A stretch of 64,000 nt of DNA from assembly GCA_951406725.2 (NCBI GenBank), contig OX597814.1:174344001-174408000 (forward strand), given 5' to 3'. This DNA comes from Octopus vulgaris (taxonomy: Eukaryota). Position 1 is the first letter of the stretch. Every line of letters begins with the position of its first letter. This document shows positions 15,101-30,100 of the stretch, one piece after another. The notes beneath the pieces are model-generated. The model ran no database searches and was not told where the DNA came from. It saw only the letters and a list, made by a program, of their open reading frames with translations. A program made the position numbers and the translations under genes.

Positions 15101-18100
15101 ATTTTCTACTTTCCTTGTTTCCTTGGCACCAGTGTGAACTGTCATTATTTTAATACATCTTTAAAAAAAATTTTTTAAAATTTTTTTGTAGTGCTTCAAC
15201 AGCCATGATATTCACATTCATTTGGCCATTTGTGCCATTCTTACTGGAAGCTGGAATTCTCTTTTATTGGATTACCAGTGCAATGTATCCTTTCACCATT
15301 ATTTATGTTTTACCTATTTTCACTACCCGCACTCTTGAAACTCGCCCTTGTTCCATATCATTGACTTGCCTTTTATTCAATTCAATCTTGATTAAAAAAT
15401 ACTCAATCAAGGACCAGGCAGTGGTGTTAAACTGGGGAACAAATTATTACTTAAATAATGGTTTGTATATTTCATTTTTAACACTATAGTGTCATCATTC
15501 ATAATATTAAATAAATGGTACGTAAACTCATCTCAAAATTTTATTTCCTTAATGAATGTAAGATATCTTGCTACCATGGGCCGACCTGAGACCTATCGTA
15601 ATGTTGTCAATATTAGCCATGGAATGAAGAATTTGTCCAGAATTCATTGTAATAACCACAATGTAAGTATTCCTTTTGTCTTAGCTAAACTATCTAAAAG
15701 ATTTATCATTACCATCATCATTTAACGTCAGTTTTCTATGCTGGCATGGGTTGGGTGGTTTGACTGGTAAGCTGAAGAGCTGCACAAGGCTCCAGTCTGT
15801 TTTGGCTTGGTTTCTATGGCTGGATCATCATCATCGTTTAACGTCCGCTTTCCATGCTAGCATGGGTTGGACGATTAGACTAAGGGCTAGCGAACCAGAT
15901 GGCTGCACCAGGCTCCAATCTTGATCTGGCAGAGTTTCTACAGCTGGATGCACTTCCTAACGCCAACCACTCCACAGTGTAGTAGGTGCCTTTTACATGT
16001 CACTGGCAGGGGTGCCTTTCATGCGTCACTGGCATATGAACTTCCCTTTTGCTCCCTGCACTCCCAGTTTTTCATTTAACAGCCCAAAATGAACAAATAG
16101 TCCAAGCAGAACTATTAGTCTGTGTCATAATGATAAATTTCACATGCACATAGTTAAATAAAAGGTTATTCTAGCAAAGTGTCATCATCTTCCTCATTAT
16201 TCTCATTTGATGTCCGCTTTTCTGTGCTTGCATGAGTCAGAAGAAATTTGTTGAAGCAGATTTTGTACTGCCAGATGCTCCTTCTTGTCGCCAACCCATA
16301 CCTGTTTCCTAGAAAGGGAATATTTTCCCATAGTAGACTTTTTTTTTTTTTTTTTTTTGAAGACTCCTCTAGTATGATGATAATGCTCATTTACAACCAT
16401 CATCGGATGTCTAGACAAAGGTGCACATCCACAAACATACATACAGATATATGTATGTATGTATATAATATCTGAGTAATAACCTTATAGCATGCTTTAC
16501 AAAGCTCCTCAACAGGTGTTGTCATAGGGCAGGAATTCTTCTTTTACTTGATATACATGTGGAAATCCATTAGTATTTGAAGAAATTATACAAAAAAAAT
16601 TATAATACAAGATGGAATGAACAGGCTTTAATCCAAATCACTACAATTTCTGTGCATTAGTATCAGCTTCTAATTGTCAAGTGTTTCACATTTTAATGCA
16701 ATAATGTGCATAACATGTGAAACATTCAGCAATTACTAGCTGATACTAATGCACTGAAACAATTGTTGTGATTTGCATTAAAACCTGTTCATTCCATCTT
16801 CTTGTATTATATACATACAAACACATATATACAGAGCAGGCTTCTTTAAGTTTCCATCTACTAAATCCATTTACATGGCTTTGGTTGGCCCAGGACTATA
16901 GTTGAAGACTACTTGTCCAAGGTGCCATGCAGTGGGACTGAACTCAAAACCACATCATCATCATCGTTTAACGTCCGTTCTCCATGCTTGCATGGGTTGG
17001 ACAGTTCAACCGGGGATCTGGGAAGCCAGAAGGCTGCACCAGGCTCCAGTCTGATCTGGCAGTGTTTCTACAGCTGGATGCCCTTCATAACGCCAACCAC
17101 TCCGTGAGTGTGGTGGGTGCTTTTTACGTGCCACCTGCACAGGTGCCAGGCGAGGCTGGCAACGGCGACTGTGTTTCTACAGCTGAATGCCCTTCCTAAC
17201 GCCAACCACTCCGTGAGTGTAGTGGGTGCTTTTTACGTGCCACCTGCACAGGTGCCAGGCGAGGCTGGCAACGGCCACGATCGGATTGGTGCATTTTACG
17301 TACCACCAGCACGGAAGCCAGTCAAGGCGACGCTGGCATCGGCCACGATTCGGATGGTACTTTTTACGTGCCACCGGCACGGAAGCCAGTGAAGGCAGCG
17401 CTGGCATCGGCCACGATTTGGATAGTGCTTTTTACGTGCCAATGGTTGAGAAACCATACAGTTGTAGCTATTTTGTAGTTTAAATACAAAACCCAATGCA
17501 AATAGAGCTGCACTGTAAAGTGTAGTGAGAGCACACAATATAAAAAAGACTGTTAAAAAATTACAATGATAATGAAGCAACAGCTGTTACATGATAGCCA
17601 GAAGCATAATTATGGTGACATGATCTTCAAACATTGTGACAGCAGCACCTAGAGCAATAACATCAGCTGAGCAAAACTGTAATTATAATTGCATTAATCT
17701 AATACACACACTCACACACATATTTTTATACTTGTGCCCACACATAAATAAGTAAAGACCCCCTTCGGTCATGAATGACCATGGGATTGCACCTAGAAAG
17801 TTACCCTCCTAGACACAAGTCCGGGCGAGGTTGTTTATGGAAGACCAGCAGTTGCCCATGCATACCGGCCTCCCCTCTCCACGTCACCGATGTTGTCCAA
17901 GGGAAAGGCAAAGGGGCCGATACAGCTTGGCACCAGTGATGTCGCAACTCATTTCTACAGCTGAGTGAACTGGAGCAATGTGAAATAAAGTGCCTTGCTC
18001 AAGAACACAACACGCAGCCCGGTCTGGGATTCGAGCTCACAACCTCACGATCGTAAGCTCGACGCTCTAACCACTGAGCCATGCGCCACACATAAATAGT

Positions 18101-21100
18101 ACTGATATAATTAACTAAAACTGACTTGGCACAATTTATGAATTTAATATTTTTTTTTATTTGCATAAACTACAGTACAGATACTACATATAAGTATATG
18201 AGGCAAGTGAAAGCGAAGTCGGAATCAAACTCGATTGCGATGACCTGTTGAGGCACGTGAAATCGAAATCAAACTCGGTGACTGGCATCTGTTGCTAGTG
18301 GAGCGCTAAGAGTACCATACGAGTGAGATCGTTGCCAGAGCAACAAACTGGCCTTCGTGCCGATGGCACGTTAAACACACCATTTGAGCGTGATCATTAC
18401 CTGCGTCGCCTTACTAGCACTTGTGTTGGTGGCACGTGAAAAAAAAACAAAAACAAACAAAAAAAAACATTTGAGCAAGGTCATTGCCTGTGCCACTGGA
18501 CTGGCTCCTGTGCAGGTGGCACATAAAAAGCACCATTTGAGCGTGGCCGTTGCCAGTACCACTAAACTGGCCCTTGTGCCGGTGGCACGTAAAAGCACCC
18601 ACTACACTCTTAGAGTGGTTGGTGTTAGGAAGGGCATCCAGCTGTAGAAACTCTGCCAGATCAGATTGGAGTCTGGCTCGCCAGACCTCAGTCAAATCAT
18701 CCAACCCATGCTAGTATGGAAAGCAGACATTAAATGATGATGAAAAAAATGATGGGTGTGCTGAAAGTGTAACTGCTAGAGTAAGAATAGCCTGGACAAA
18801 GTTTAGAGAGCTCTTACCCCTGCTGGTGACAAAAGGCCTCTCGCTCAAAGTAAAAGGCAGACTGTATGATGCATGTGCATGTACAGCCATGCTACATGGT
18901 AGTGAAACTTGGGCTGTGACTGCTGAGGATTTGCGTAAGCTCGCAAGAAATGAAGCTAGTATGTTCCGATGGATGTGTAACGTCAGTGTTCATAATCGAC
19001 AGAGTGTAAGTACCTTGAGAGAAAAGTTGAACCTAAGAAGCATCAGTTGTTGTGTGCAAGAGAGACGTTTGCGCTGGTATGGTCATGTGATGAGAATGGC
19101 TGAAGATAGTTGTGTGCGAAAGTGCCACACCCTGGCAGTTGAGGGGACCTGTGGAAGAGGTAGACCCAGGAAAACCTGGGTCGAGGTGGTGAAGCACGAC
19201 CTTCGAACTTTAGGTCTCACCAAGGAAATGACCAGAGACCGAGACCTTTGGAAGTATGCTGTGTGTGAGAAAACCCGGCAAGACCAGTGAGAACAGTCAA
19301 AATCAAAATCAAACCAAATCAATTCATATATCAAAAAGCAGAACCAAATTGAGGTCGATCAACAACAGTGGGAATTGCAGCTGTGGTTAAGCGAACCATC
19401 CGATCGTGGTCGTTGCCAGCGCTGCCCCGTCTAGCCCCCGTGTCGGTGGCACGTAAAAGCACCATCCGTTCGTGTCCGTTGCCAGCCTCGCCTGGCCCCC
19501 GTGCAGGTGACACGTGAAAGCACCATCTGTTCGTGTTCGTTGCCAGCCTCGCCTGGCCCCCGTGCCGGTGACACGTAAAAGCACCATCCGTTCGTGGCCA
19601 TTTGCCAGCTGTCTGGCCCCCGTGCCGGTGACACGTAAAAGCACCATCCGTTCGTGGCCGTTTGCCAGCCCTGTCTGGCCCCCGTGCCAGTGACACGTAA
19701 AAGCACCATCCGTTAGTGGCTGTTTGCCAGCTCTGTCTGGCACCTGTGCGGGTGGCACGTAAAAAGCACCCACTACACTCACGGAGTGGTTGGCGTTAGG
19801 AAGGGCATCCAGCCATAGAAACACTGCCAGATCTGACTGGGCCTGATGAAGCCTTCCAGCTTCACAGACCCCAGTTGAACCGTCCAACCCATGCTAGCAT
19901 GGAAAACGGACGCTAAATGATGATGATATAAAACCACCATCATCATTTAACATCCATTTACCATGCTGGTATGAGTTTACATATATATGTGTGTGTGTAT
20001 GTATGTATGTACTTCAATTAGTATATTTTTTATTGTAAACCTTGAATTATTTTCTTTATGTTTTACATTGTCTTGGTTTTCTTTCAATACCTTTAGGGTA
20101 AATTCGTTGAGGATATGTGTGACTTTGTTCACTATGGTGATAGCAAGTAAGTTTAAACCAATTTTTCATTTTATTTGGGATATTCAACCTATTTAAACCA
20201 ATATCTTGCTCAATTCTGTAATGGGTTGTTTTTTTTTGTGTAATTTATTCTCAAATTTTGCATAAGTTCCCATTCATTGTGATGGAGAATTTTTGTTTTT
20301 TATTGTTAAGCTCATTGATAATGTTTTTGTCAAGCCCTGCATTTCAGATAATTCCATGTCTCACTAGATGTATTTTTCTTGTTTAAGTTATATTTATGGG
20401 CTTAGACTGGATTTGAACTCGCTAACCAGCTTTAGAACATGTAGCACCGGATGATGTACATTTGAAACAGTTTTTTTTTTTTTTTTTCACCTTAACATAA
20501 CAGGAAAAACAAGCTCAATTATCTAAATTATTTCTACATTGGTAATAATAATTATGTATCACAGAATTTAAACAATTTATTTCCAACCACTTTATACTTT
20601 TAAAAAATTGTAACACTAGAAAAACTAAAAATCCTTTTGTTCACTGTTATATCTTTGTAAAAATATACTTATGTAAAAAATATAGTATCTGAAGACAATC
20701 AAAATATGTTACAAAATCTAATTATCTTATCAACTGTTAACTACTTAAAAATTTGTAAAAGAAATGTTTAAAGTTATTGTTCTTAACTGATACTGACTTT
20801 ATATATGTGTGTATTTACATCTATCTATAGATATGCTGTGGCCTTTGAGGTATTCCTTCTGTTTATGGTATTCTGGTTAATCAGTTTTGTTACTGCTCTC
20901 AACCAAATGGTCCTTAGTGGTGCTTTTGCCACTTATTACTGGTCTTACAACAAAAAAATGGACATACCAACATTCCCAATCCTGGCTTCATTTGGACGAG
21001 CTATCAGGTAACATCACTTCTTATCAACATTTAGATATTTATACAGTACACACAAACACAACATTATATATATATATATATACCAGGTGGTACTATTGGG

Positions 21101-24100
21101 CCTATACTGGCCAAAACCTATCAAAGTTATATACACAGGGGCTGGACAAAATACTGGAAAGACCTAGCATGATAGCATCATAATTTTGAAATATCTATAA
21201 AACCATCAAAAGCTTATTTTTATGCCTTTTGATTTTTTTTTATTATTATTATTAGTGTTGCTTAATATCTTTTTCTAAAATTGCTGTTTCTTTTCAGATA
21301 TCATTAGAAAAAGGTAATTAAAATTCATTAAAATGATGGATCTACTGGACTTTCAAAGAGGTCAAATTGTTGGTGCTTGTATGGCAGGTGCTAGCATAAT
21401 GAAAACAGCTGAAATGTCTTGAAAAAAACAGCTGGTGTCTTGAAAGTAATGACAGCCTTTGATAAAGAGGGTAAAACCTCCTTGTCGAAACAAAACTCCA
21501 GAAGAAAACCAAAACTTTTAGATAGGGACCGTCAGATTCTTATGCAAATTGTTAGAAAGGATCACAAAAGTACAGCTCCCAAAATTACTGCAGAGCTTAA
21601 TGACCAGCTCGAGAACCCATTTTCCACAAAAACTGTTTGCCAGGAGCTGAAATCAGAAAACCACTACTTTCAAAAACAAATGTTGCAAAGCTTTTAGAGT
21701 GGAGTAAAAACCTACAGAATTGGTCCCTAGAGCAGTTAGAAGAATGTTATTTTCTCAGACGAGTCATCCTGTACCTTGTTTCCAACCACCGGCCAAGTAT
21801 ATGTGTGGAGACAGCCAAAAGACGCATCTGACCCAGACTGCTTTCTTCCAACTGTTAAACATGGAGGATGATCTGGGATGCTATATCTTGGAAATCCGCT
21901 GGCCCAATGTTTTCCCTTCATGACAGAATTAATTGTCAAGACTATTTAAACATTTTATCTGATCAAATTCATCCTATGGTTGTGGAACTGTTTCGGGAGG
22001 GAAGCACAATCTTTCAGGATGATAATGCACAATTCACACACCTAAAACTGTTACTGAATGGCACGAGGAACATTCTAGTGCAGTTGAACATCTTATCTGG
22101 CCATCACAGTCTCCACATCTCAATATTGTTGAACATTTTTTGGTGCATTTTAGAAAAACAAGTAAGGAGTCGATATCCTCCACCATCATCACTACAAGAA
22201 CTGGAGACTGTTTTAGCTGAAGAATGGACAAAAATTCCTTTGGAAACGATTCAGACTTTGTACGAGTCCATACCTTGTAGAATTCAAGCTGTAATGTACT
22301 GCCAAAGGCAGTCCTACTCCATATTAAAGTAAATTTGTTTGAAATTGTAAGGCATTTCCATTATTTTGTCCAGCCCCTGTATATATATATATATATCAGT
22401 TTGATTCAGCTTAGTGCAGCTTAAAGTTTTGTGGGGCCTCTAACAGAAACTCATCTCTTTCAGGCTTTAGATTGCCAAATTGGTGATCTAGAGCCTGAAA
22501 GAGATGTGCTTCTGTTAGAGGCCCCACAAAACTTTCAGTAGCATGGAATCAAATCAAACTGTTTACATAATACATGTAACTCATAGTAAATGTGTTGGGT
22601 GCCCTTTTCTTTCATTTGTCCACTCACTCGTGTGTGTGAGTGTCTATACATACATACATACATACATACATACACACACAAACATACATGTAGGTATGTA
22701 TGTACGTAGGTATGGGTGTAATCGTGTAGTAAGAAGTTTGCTTCCCAGCCACATATCAGGTTCAGTCCCACTGTATGGTACCTTGAGCAAGATTCTTTTA
22801 CTATGTGTGCTTCAAGATTCAGTCCCCCCCCAAATCATTGTTAATATCATTCCAATGGGTTCTCATCTTATGTTCTGAGCCCAAATCCCACTAAAGTAAA
22901 TTTTGCTTTCCATCCTTCTGGGGTTGATAAATTAAAGTACCTGCTATGTACTGGGGTTGATTTAAGTTATCTTCCACAAATTTGTGACCTTGTGTCTAAG
23001 TTGCATGTGAATATTATTATTATTGCTGTTATAATTTTTTTTTTTATCTAGTTTCAGCTCACGAGCTGTGGCCATGCTGGGGCACCGCCATTTATCTATA
23101 TGTTATCTATATTATCTTTTTCAAATTTTTAGGTACCATCTTGGTTCTCTTGCCTTCGGTTCCTTAATTGTCGCCATTGTGAAATTCATCAGAGTCATCC
23201 TTGAATTCATCAGCTACAAACTGAGGAATTCACACAACAAAGTGGCCAGGTTTATGCTGAAGTATGTATAAAATATTATTTTGCTTGCTCACTTTACTCT
23301 TTTAAAATCCTATTTCTAATGTAATACTCAGCCGATGTTTGAATTAATTTTGGAAATATCTGGAGGGATTTAGTAAAACAATTTCTTCAATTATTAGTAT
23401 GTAAACATGAATACTTTTTATAGAAAATTAGATTGAAAGGTTGGATTTAGCTTAAATATGAAAACTATACCATGGATCGTTTTGAATCCTAGACAGTGGT
23501 GGTCTCAGTAGGTTAGTGTAGTTAAAAGTTACCTTTTTAAGTCATACTGACCCATAAGGGCTGATTTTCCAGTTTCATGGCATATTTATTCCCCACCTGA
23601 ACAGGACTCTGGTCTGTCACAGGATAACCCATTTTTGCCATTTGAGTGGACTGGAGTAATGTGAAAAGAAGTGTTTTGCTCAAGAATGCATTATGTTGCC
23701 TGGTCCAGGAATTGAAACCTTAATCTTACAATCATGAATGCAACACCCTAACCACTAAGCTACATGCTTCCACATAGGTTAGTGTCACAAGGTTTAAATA
23801 TCTCCCTTCAGTGATACTTTATTAGGAAATATTGATATTTATAATTGTATTACATGTCCTTTAGTTGTTGTCAAACACCAAACAGTGCTGAACAGGTAGA
23901 CCAAGGCATTTCAGATATGGCTATTGGATCTTATTTTTAATTTATTCAGACTTAATGTATTTAGGACTACATTGTAAATAACACCAACTACATCCCACCA
24001 TCTTAAAAGAATGAATACGTTAGAAAATGTAGACCTAGATAATTGCAGAAAGATAAAATTATTGTGAATGATATACCTTTGTCATCAGTGTGCTTAATCA

Positions 24101-27100
24101 GGATTGGTCTGAGTATAAACAATAACAAAAGTGATTAATTATAGCTCCCTGGAGTATGATGGTGCTTCAAGATTGCATTGTTGATATACACTAGGCTTTT
24201 CATGGCTTGATGGCAAAACCAAAAAGGAGATTTATGAACACATTCCACCATCTGTGCTAATGTTGCTCAATACAGGGTAGACTTTTCTGGCCATTACTAT
24301 CATGTTGAAGACCAGGCCATATTGGTTTATATTTTGGATACTTCACCATTTTAATAGAGGAATACCATTCAAATACCTTGATGCTAATGGCAAAGACAAC
24401 ATGAAACCAGTTGAAGTTTATGAGGAGACCAAAGATTCTTGGCATGATGTGGTGCAATGATGCTCGAATAAGAATATAGCTACTCAAAAATTTCCATTTT
24501 TGAAACATTTCCAGCCTTTTCCTCGTGGTTGATATTCCTTCAGTTTAGCTTTCTCACTCAAAATTACTTATTCAAATTTAACGTAACAAATTTATGTATG
24601 AAAATACATTTAAAAAAAAAATATACAACTATATCATGATTTTGTTTTTCTGTTTTATTTAGATGTTTTTCTTGTTGTTTCTGGTGTCTGGAAAACTTCC
24701 TGAAGTTCCTCAACAAAAATGCTTACATCCAGGTAAAGCTCATTTTTAAATTACTTTATTTTGTAATAGGTTTCAATCATTAGACTGCTGCCCATGCTGG
24801 AGTCCTACATTCAAGAGCTTTAGGTGATAACATCAGCTTCAGTACATATTTCAGTCTGGTACTTATTTTATCAATTTTTATTTATTGAATGGCTAATAAA
24901 TTGTTATTTAGCTCCAGGTTACATATGACTGAAGCCATTCAAGCCTTGCTCATCTCATCTTTTTGTGTCTCTAGAAATAGATGTCCTTCCTGTTTTAGGA
25001 GAAACAGTAGATGTGATGAGAATGCATTTAGAACAAATTCAGAGGAATTGAAAGTATTTTAATAGCAGTGGAAGAGACAACTAGGACAAAGCTTCTCAAT
25101 ATACCAAAGGCTTGTCTATTAAACAAATGAATTTCACTTTGATATGGTGTAAAATGAGTATATGTATAGAGATGATCTTTTTGTAAATAAAAGGAACAGT
25201 ATAGGTGCAGGAGTGGCTGTATGGTAAGTAGCTTGGGCAAGTGTCTTCTACTATAGCTTCGGGCTAACCAAAGCCATGTGAGTGGATTTGGTAGATGGAA
25301 ACTGAAAGAAGCCCATCGTATATATTTATGTATGTGTGTGTATATGTTTTTGTGTCTGTGTTTGTCCCCCAACATCGCTTGACAACTGATGCTGGTGTGT
25401 TTACGTCCCCGTCACTTAGCCGTTCAGCAAAAGGGACCGATAGAATAAGTACTAGGCTTACAAAGAATAAGTCCTGGGGTCAATTTCTTCAACTAAAGGC
25501 GGTGCTCCAGCATGGCTGCAGTCAAATGTCTGAAACAAGTAAAAGAGTAAAGAGTTCACTTATGCAACTTAGATTGACACTAGATCATTGTAGTAAGCAT
25601 CTTCACTAAGATTTAAAGTACACTGCTAAATTTTCAAAGCCATCCAAACTATGCTAACACACAAACATTCACAATATAAAAAGAATAGGGAATCTTTTTG
25701 GTCAAGGGGATAATGTATGTATGTATGTACGCCTTTCAACTGAAGAGTTATGAGTTTGTATATCATCAATAGCATTGTGTTATATCCTCTGTAAGTCAAT
25801 AACAGCACAAAACCACATATATATGTTGAAAGGACCCAGCAAGGGTGCCTCTCTGTAGTTTGCTTAGCATCTAAATCTCCTTCAGATCAAGCTCTATCAT
25901 GGTAAAAAGGGAAGGGCACATTGTCATCACAGAAAATAGATGAATCAGAATACCTTTCACTGGTGTTGGCCTGTGGTTAAATCATGAGACCAACAGCCCT
26001 AATTATACAACAAAATTACAGGAAAGGACAGAGATTGAGGAAATAACTGAAAACTTGTATGTAGTTCATAGGTGAATATAAATTCATAAAATAGGAAGGA
26101 AAATGCTACATTTTACTCTTCTCCAGTACCTCCTTTGTGGTATTTCTATTCTTTTGTCTTTTCATTGATTTTTGTTTTTAATTTCAGATTGCCATCCATG
26201 GTAAAAGTTTCTGTGTTGCAGCAAAGAAAGCATTTGCCCTGATTATGCGTAACCCTCTCAAGTAATTAATAATTTTTAACTTTGTTATTAATTCATTTAT
26301 TTATGGGCCTATCTGGTCATTTAACCTACTATATTTAATAGATTGAATAACCTAAAGGGCACTACTAAAGCTCCTTTGATCTTGGGTATATTTGATCGGA
26401 GTTGACCTAGGGTTAAACAGTAGTTCAATTGTTTTATTCAATTAACCTTGAACAAAATCAACCTGATTTTGTGATTTACTTATGCCTATTTATAAAGTCT
26501 TTTATTTAAGATACTGGCATTAATGTTGTATTTATAATCTTCATTTGGAAGAAATTTTAGAAAAATTTACATTTAAGTTACTTGCTGAGGCCAACTTTGC
26601 CTTTCATCCTTTCGGGGTCAATAAATTAAGTACTGGTTGCATACTGGGATCGATATAATCAACTGACCCCACTCCCCAAAAATGTTGGGCCTTGTGCCTA
26701 GAGTAGAAACGATTATTTTATGTCCATTTTCCATGCTGGTATGAGTTGGACTATAGCTTTTCATCACTTGTTTCAGACTTTTATCAAAAACTACTAAGAA
26801 AACAGCCAGTCTTTGTGTTTTGTATGTCATGTGTCTTTTTCACATGGCTTTCATGGTTGGAAACTCTCTCTGCTATCAACTACCTTATAACATTTTATCA
26901 TACTAACAGCATTAGAGATGTTGTGGGCTTATTAAAGAGACTCCTCCACCTTGTGTCTGTTTTATATGGTATCAGTTGATAGGCAGCTCTTCAGGTACAT
27001 TAGAACATGGTTCTATTTGTGGCTATAACCTATGTTCAGCACTTTTTACCACACAATTCATTCAGAAAAAAAATCTGGATGTAAAACATACATTGTTATA

Positions 27101-30100
27101 GTTTGTGGATGGGTAAGAGACTCCTATTTTGTAGAACAAGTGTAAAAATAAATGCTTATTTACAAAAGAAAACTTGAAAAAATCAGTATATTTAAAATGA
27201 TTTATCTATGTATTGCAGTACTGTTATAATGGACAAAGTTACTGATCTGATTCTTTTCTTGAGCAAGCTCATGGTAACAGCTGCAGTTGGTGAGTATTCT
27301 TCTTCTTTGATTTTTATTTTTATTTTCATGTCATAAACCTCAGAAGTATAGATAGTAAAAAAGACCATAGTTGGATTAAAAAAATTTTTTTTTTTATATG
27401 GTACAAGGGCTAAAGTGGTTGGGGACAGTATATGGACAAGATAGAAAACGGTAAAGGATTTTCATCAAGTGAAAAGAAAACTAACAAAAATAAAAATAGA
27501 TAACAAAGAAAAGGTCCCCAGCAGGGGGAGATAGCCACCTACAGCCAGTCAAACAACCCACAAATCCAAGATTACCCTAAGTCTCTCTCTATCCGCTCAG
27601 TCGAAGTCGACTCTCGGTCACTCATTGGATCAGTGTCCTCCAGTCAGTTCTATCCTGGGCCGCTTCTTTCAGATTGGCTATGTCCATTCCGGTATCACTC
27701 TTGATGGTGTCAAGCCAGCAGGTTCTTGGTCGGCCTCTTCCTCTCTTGCCACTGACCATTCTGAGCATGATGTCCTTCTCCAGGGATTTTCTCCGCATAA
27801 TATGACCGAAATATGCCAATCTATGCTTGGTGATCCTAGCTTCTAGCGACATTTTCGGCCTTATCTGCTAAGTATCAAAGGTAATTGCTCTCTCCCAGCT
27901 GTATTCTCTGGCTTACAGAAGCATGTCACAAGTAGAACATGCTTGCCACTCTTCTGTCTTTCAACAAATTAACTGAAGGGCAGCACCTTTTCCCTCTACA
28001 CTCTCTTTACTCTTCAATTGGAATTTGTAAAAGTTAATGAGAGCTTGGATGATAAAGAGGACAGTATATGTCATCAGTCCTTTCATTCACATCCACGTCG
28101 CACTTAATCTTGTTTTGCCCACCTGAGGAAAACTACCTTTCCTGACTTAAATATTGGTGTAATCATCAGAATGTACTCAGCTGATATATACAAGAATTGT
28201 TCTACAGCTATTGTATACAAGGCAGAGCAGCAATGCTTGGACACTGGACAAGTATGTGCAGAACAGTTTTATCACTCCAGGTGCATCTCAAAAGGGTTAG
28301 GGTTGACTGATGGTGTTTCCATATAGAGTCTATCATAGACCAGTAATGCCTCCTCTTGCACTACTGATCAGGGATTTCTAGAAGTTATTGTTAATGTCTC
28401 TATAATTGTGGTTTTATAGCAATGCTACCACTTCCTGGCTCAGTACTGGGAATTCTGCCAATTACAGTAGATGTCTGTCAAGATATCAGCAATCAAGTCT
28501 AGCATGTATATGTAAAGCTTGTAGGTTAGGCCATCCAAAACAAGGGATTTGCCTTCTGCTCGACCACTTACCATCTGTGTAACTCAGCTGCTAGTAATTG
28601 CTTTTCACAGCACTTTATGTATCTTCTGATGAGAGGCAGGGTAGCCTGTTAAAATAGGCTCTAAACTCTACTACTGTTTTTTGTCCATAACCACCACCAC
28701 CACCACCATTTGCTCTGAATTGTTGAACAAAGTGCCTCTGGAAAACTGCACACATCTGCTTAGAATTGAACTTACATTAAATAGATTATTAGGGTGTTTA
28801 TTTGTCACAAAGAAAATCTAACATTTTGAATCAGATTTGTTTGGAGAAAGGAGCACAAAACATAAGAATTCTCTTCCCTCATTAACATTATGCATACATG
28901 CCACTATTCTTCTCTTTAGATAATGGTGTTTAACCCTTTAGCGTTCAAATTGATATGTCAGAAGTAATCCTTATTCATTTACATTTTAAAAAATTAATCT
29001 GGTATTATTATCTTGTAGCTTCAAGATTTGAATGATGTAATTGTTTATTTTTAGAATGACATTGCAGGGTAGGTGTGAGATACTGGTTCTGGCCAGTTTG
29101 AACATAAAATGAGTAGAATATTTGGGCCAGATATAGCCGGTTTAAACACTAAAGGGTTAATCTTATCTACTACTTGTTTTATTGAAGGATGTTGTAATAA
29201 AAGTACATTCTAAAGAATATTCCATTTTATTTTTGGTGTTTTATTTTTTTGAGATATCTTTATGGAATATGTTCTGTTGAAATGTCTAATTTGCAAATAT
29301 GGAACTGTCACTGGAAATAATAGCTTTTGTCACAATTTAGCATGAAAGCTTGTTGATTCATATTTCTGGAAATCTTAGAGAAAATGACTGACAGAGCAAG
29401 GAAATAGTAAATGTTTATATTCTTATTATAGATTAATAAGGCCTTTGTTCCTTATATTCTAAAGTATAACAAAGCCCTCTACAAACAACAACTCTGACTA
29501 CACATTACAGAATTCTACTCACAGCAGTTACTAATTTCAGTTTTCCATTGGTAGCATGAAATTACTCTTCATTAGCGTCATTATCATAATTATCATTACA
29601 TCTTGCTTAGCATGGTGTCTTTCTCCCTATTTGGTCTGAAATGTGGACAAAAACTTCTCGTAAGAAACATGCCAACATTATTTTCCAATTAACAGTCATA
29701 CAACTATTACCTTTGTTCCAACATTTATTTTACTTGTAGCTTTCATTGCTATTGCTGTTCTACAACATGATCCTAACCTCAGTGATATTCAACCTGGATA
29801 TCTGACTCAAGACAAGCCTTTCTCTATTTTAAGTCTGTCTGTGAGTACTAGTGCACACGTCACTTTGATAGATGACAGACTAGATCCATAACCCCATCCT
29901 ACTTTCACTTCCTTTTGGGCATGACCATATATCTTTGTGTTTATCAGTTTGTTTTTTTTCGAAATTTTGCTTTCTATATTTCATCACCATCTGAATGCTA
30001 TTTTTCTCATTCTACTATTTTACTACAAGTTCAGTTAAAATTAGTTCAAAAATCAAATATTTTCTATAGTCTCAAGTGTTAGTTGACTGCAGTAAACCTG

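Noticed and set aside
18010-18087. tRNA-like sequence; similar heads at about 8570-8641 and 42500-42570
   Set aside because: These are SINE heads continuous with SINE bodies (TSD at the 17751-18087 copy), not standalone tRNA genes.
19331-19887. Repetitive ORFs and a CRISPR-like periodic array
   Set aside because: Tandem ~60-bp LINE UTR repeats with no unique spacers, in a eukaryotic context with no cas genes.
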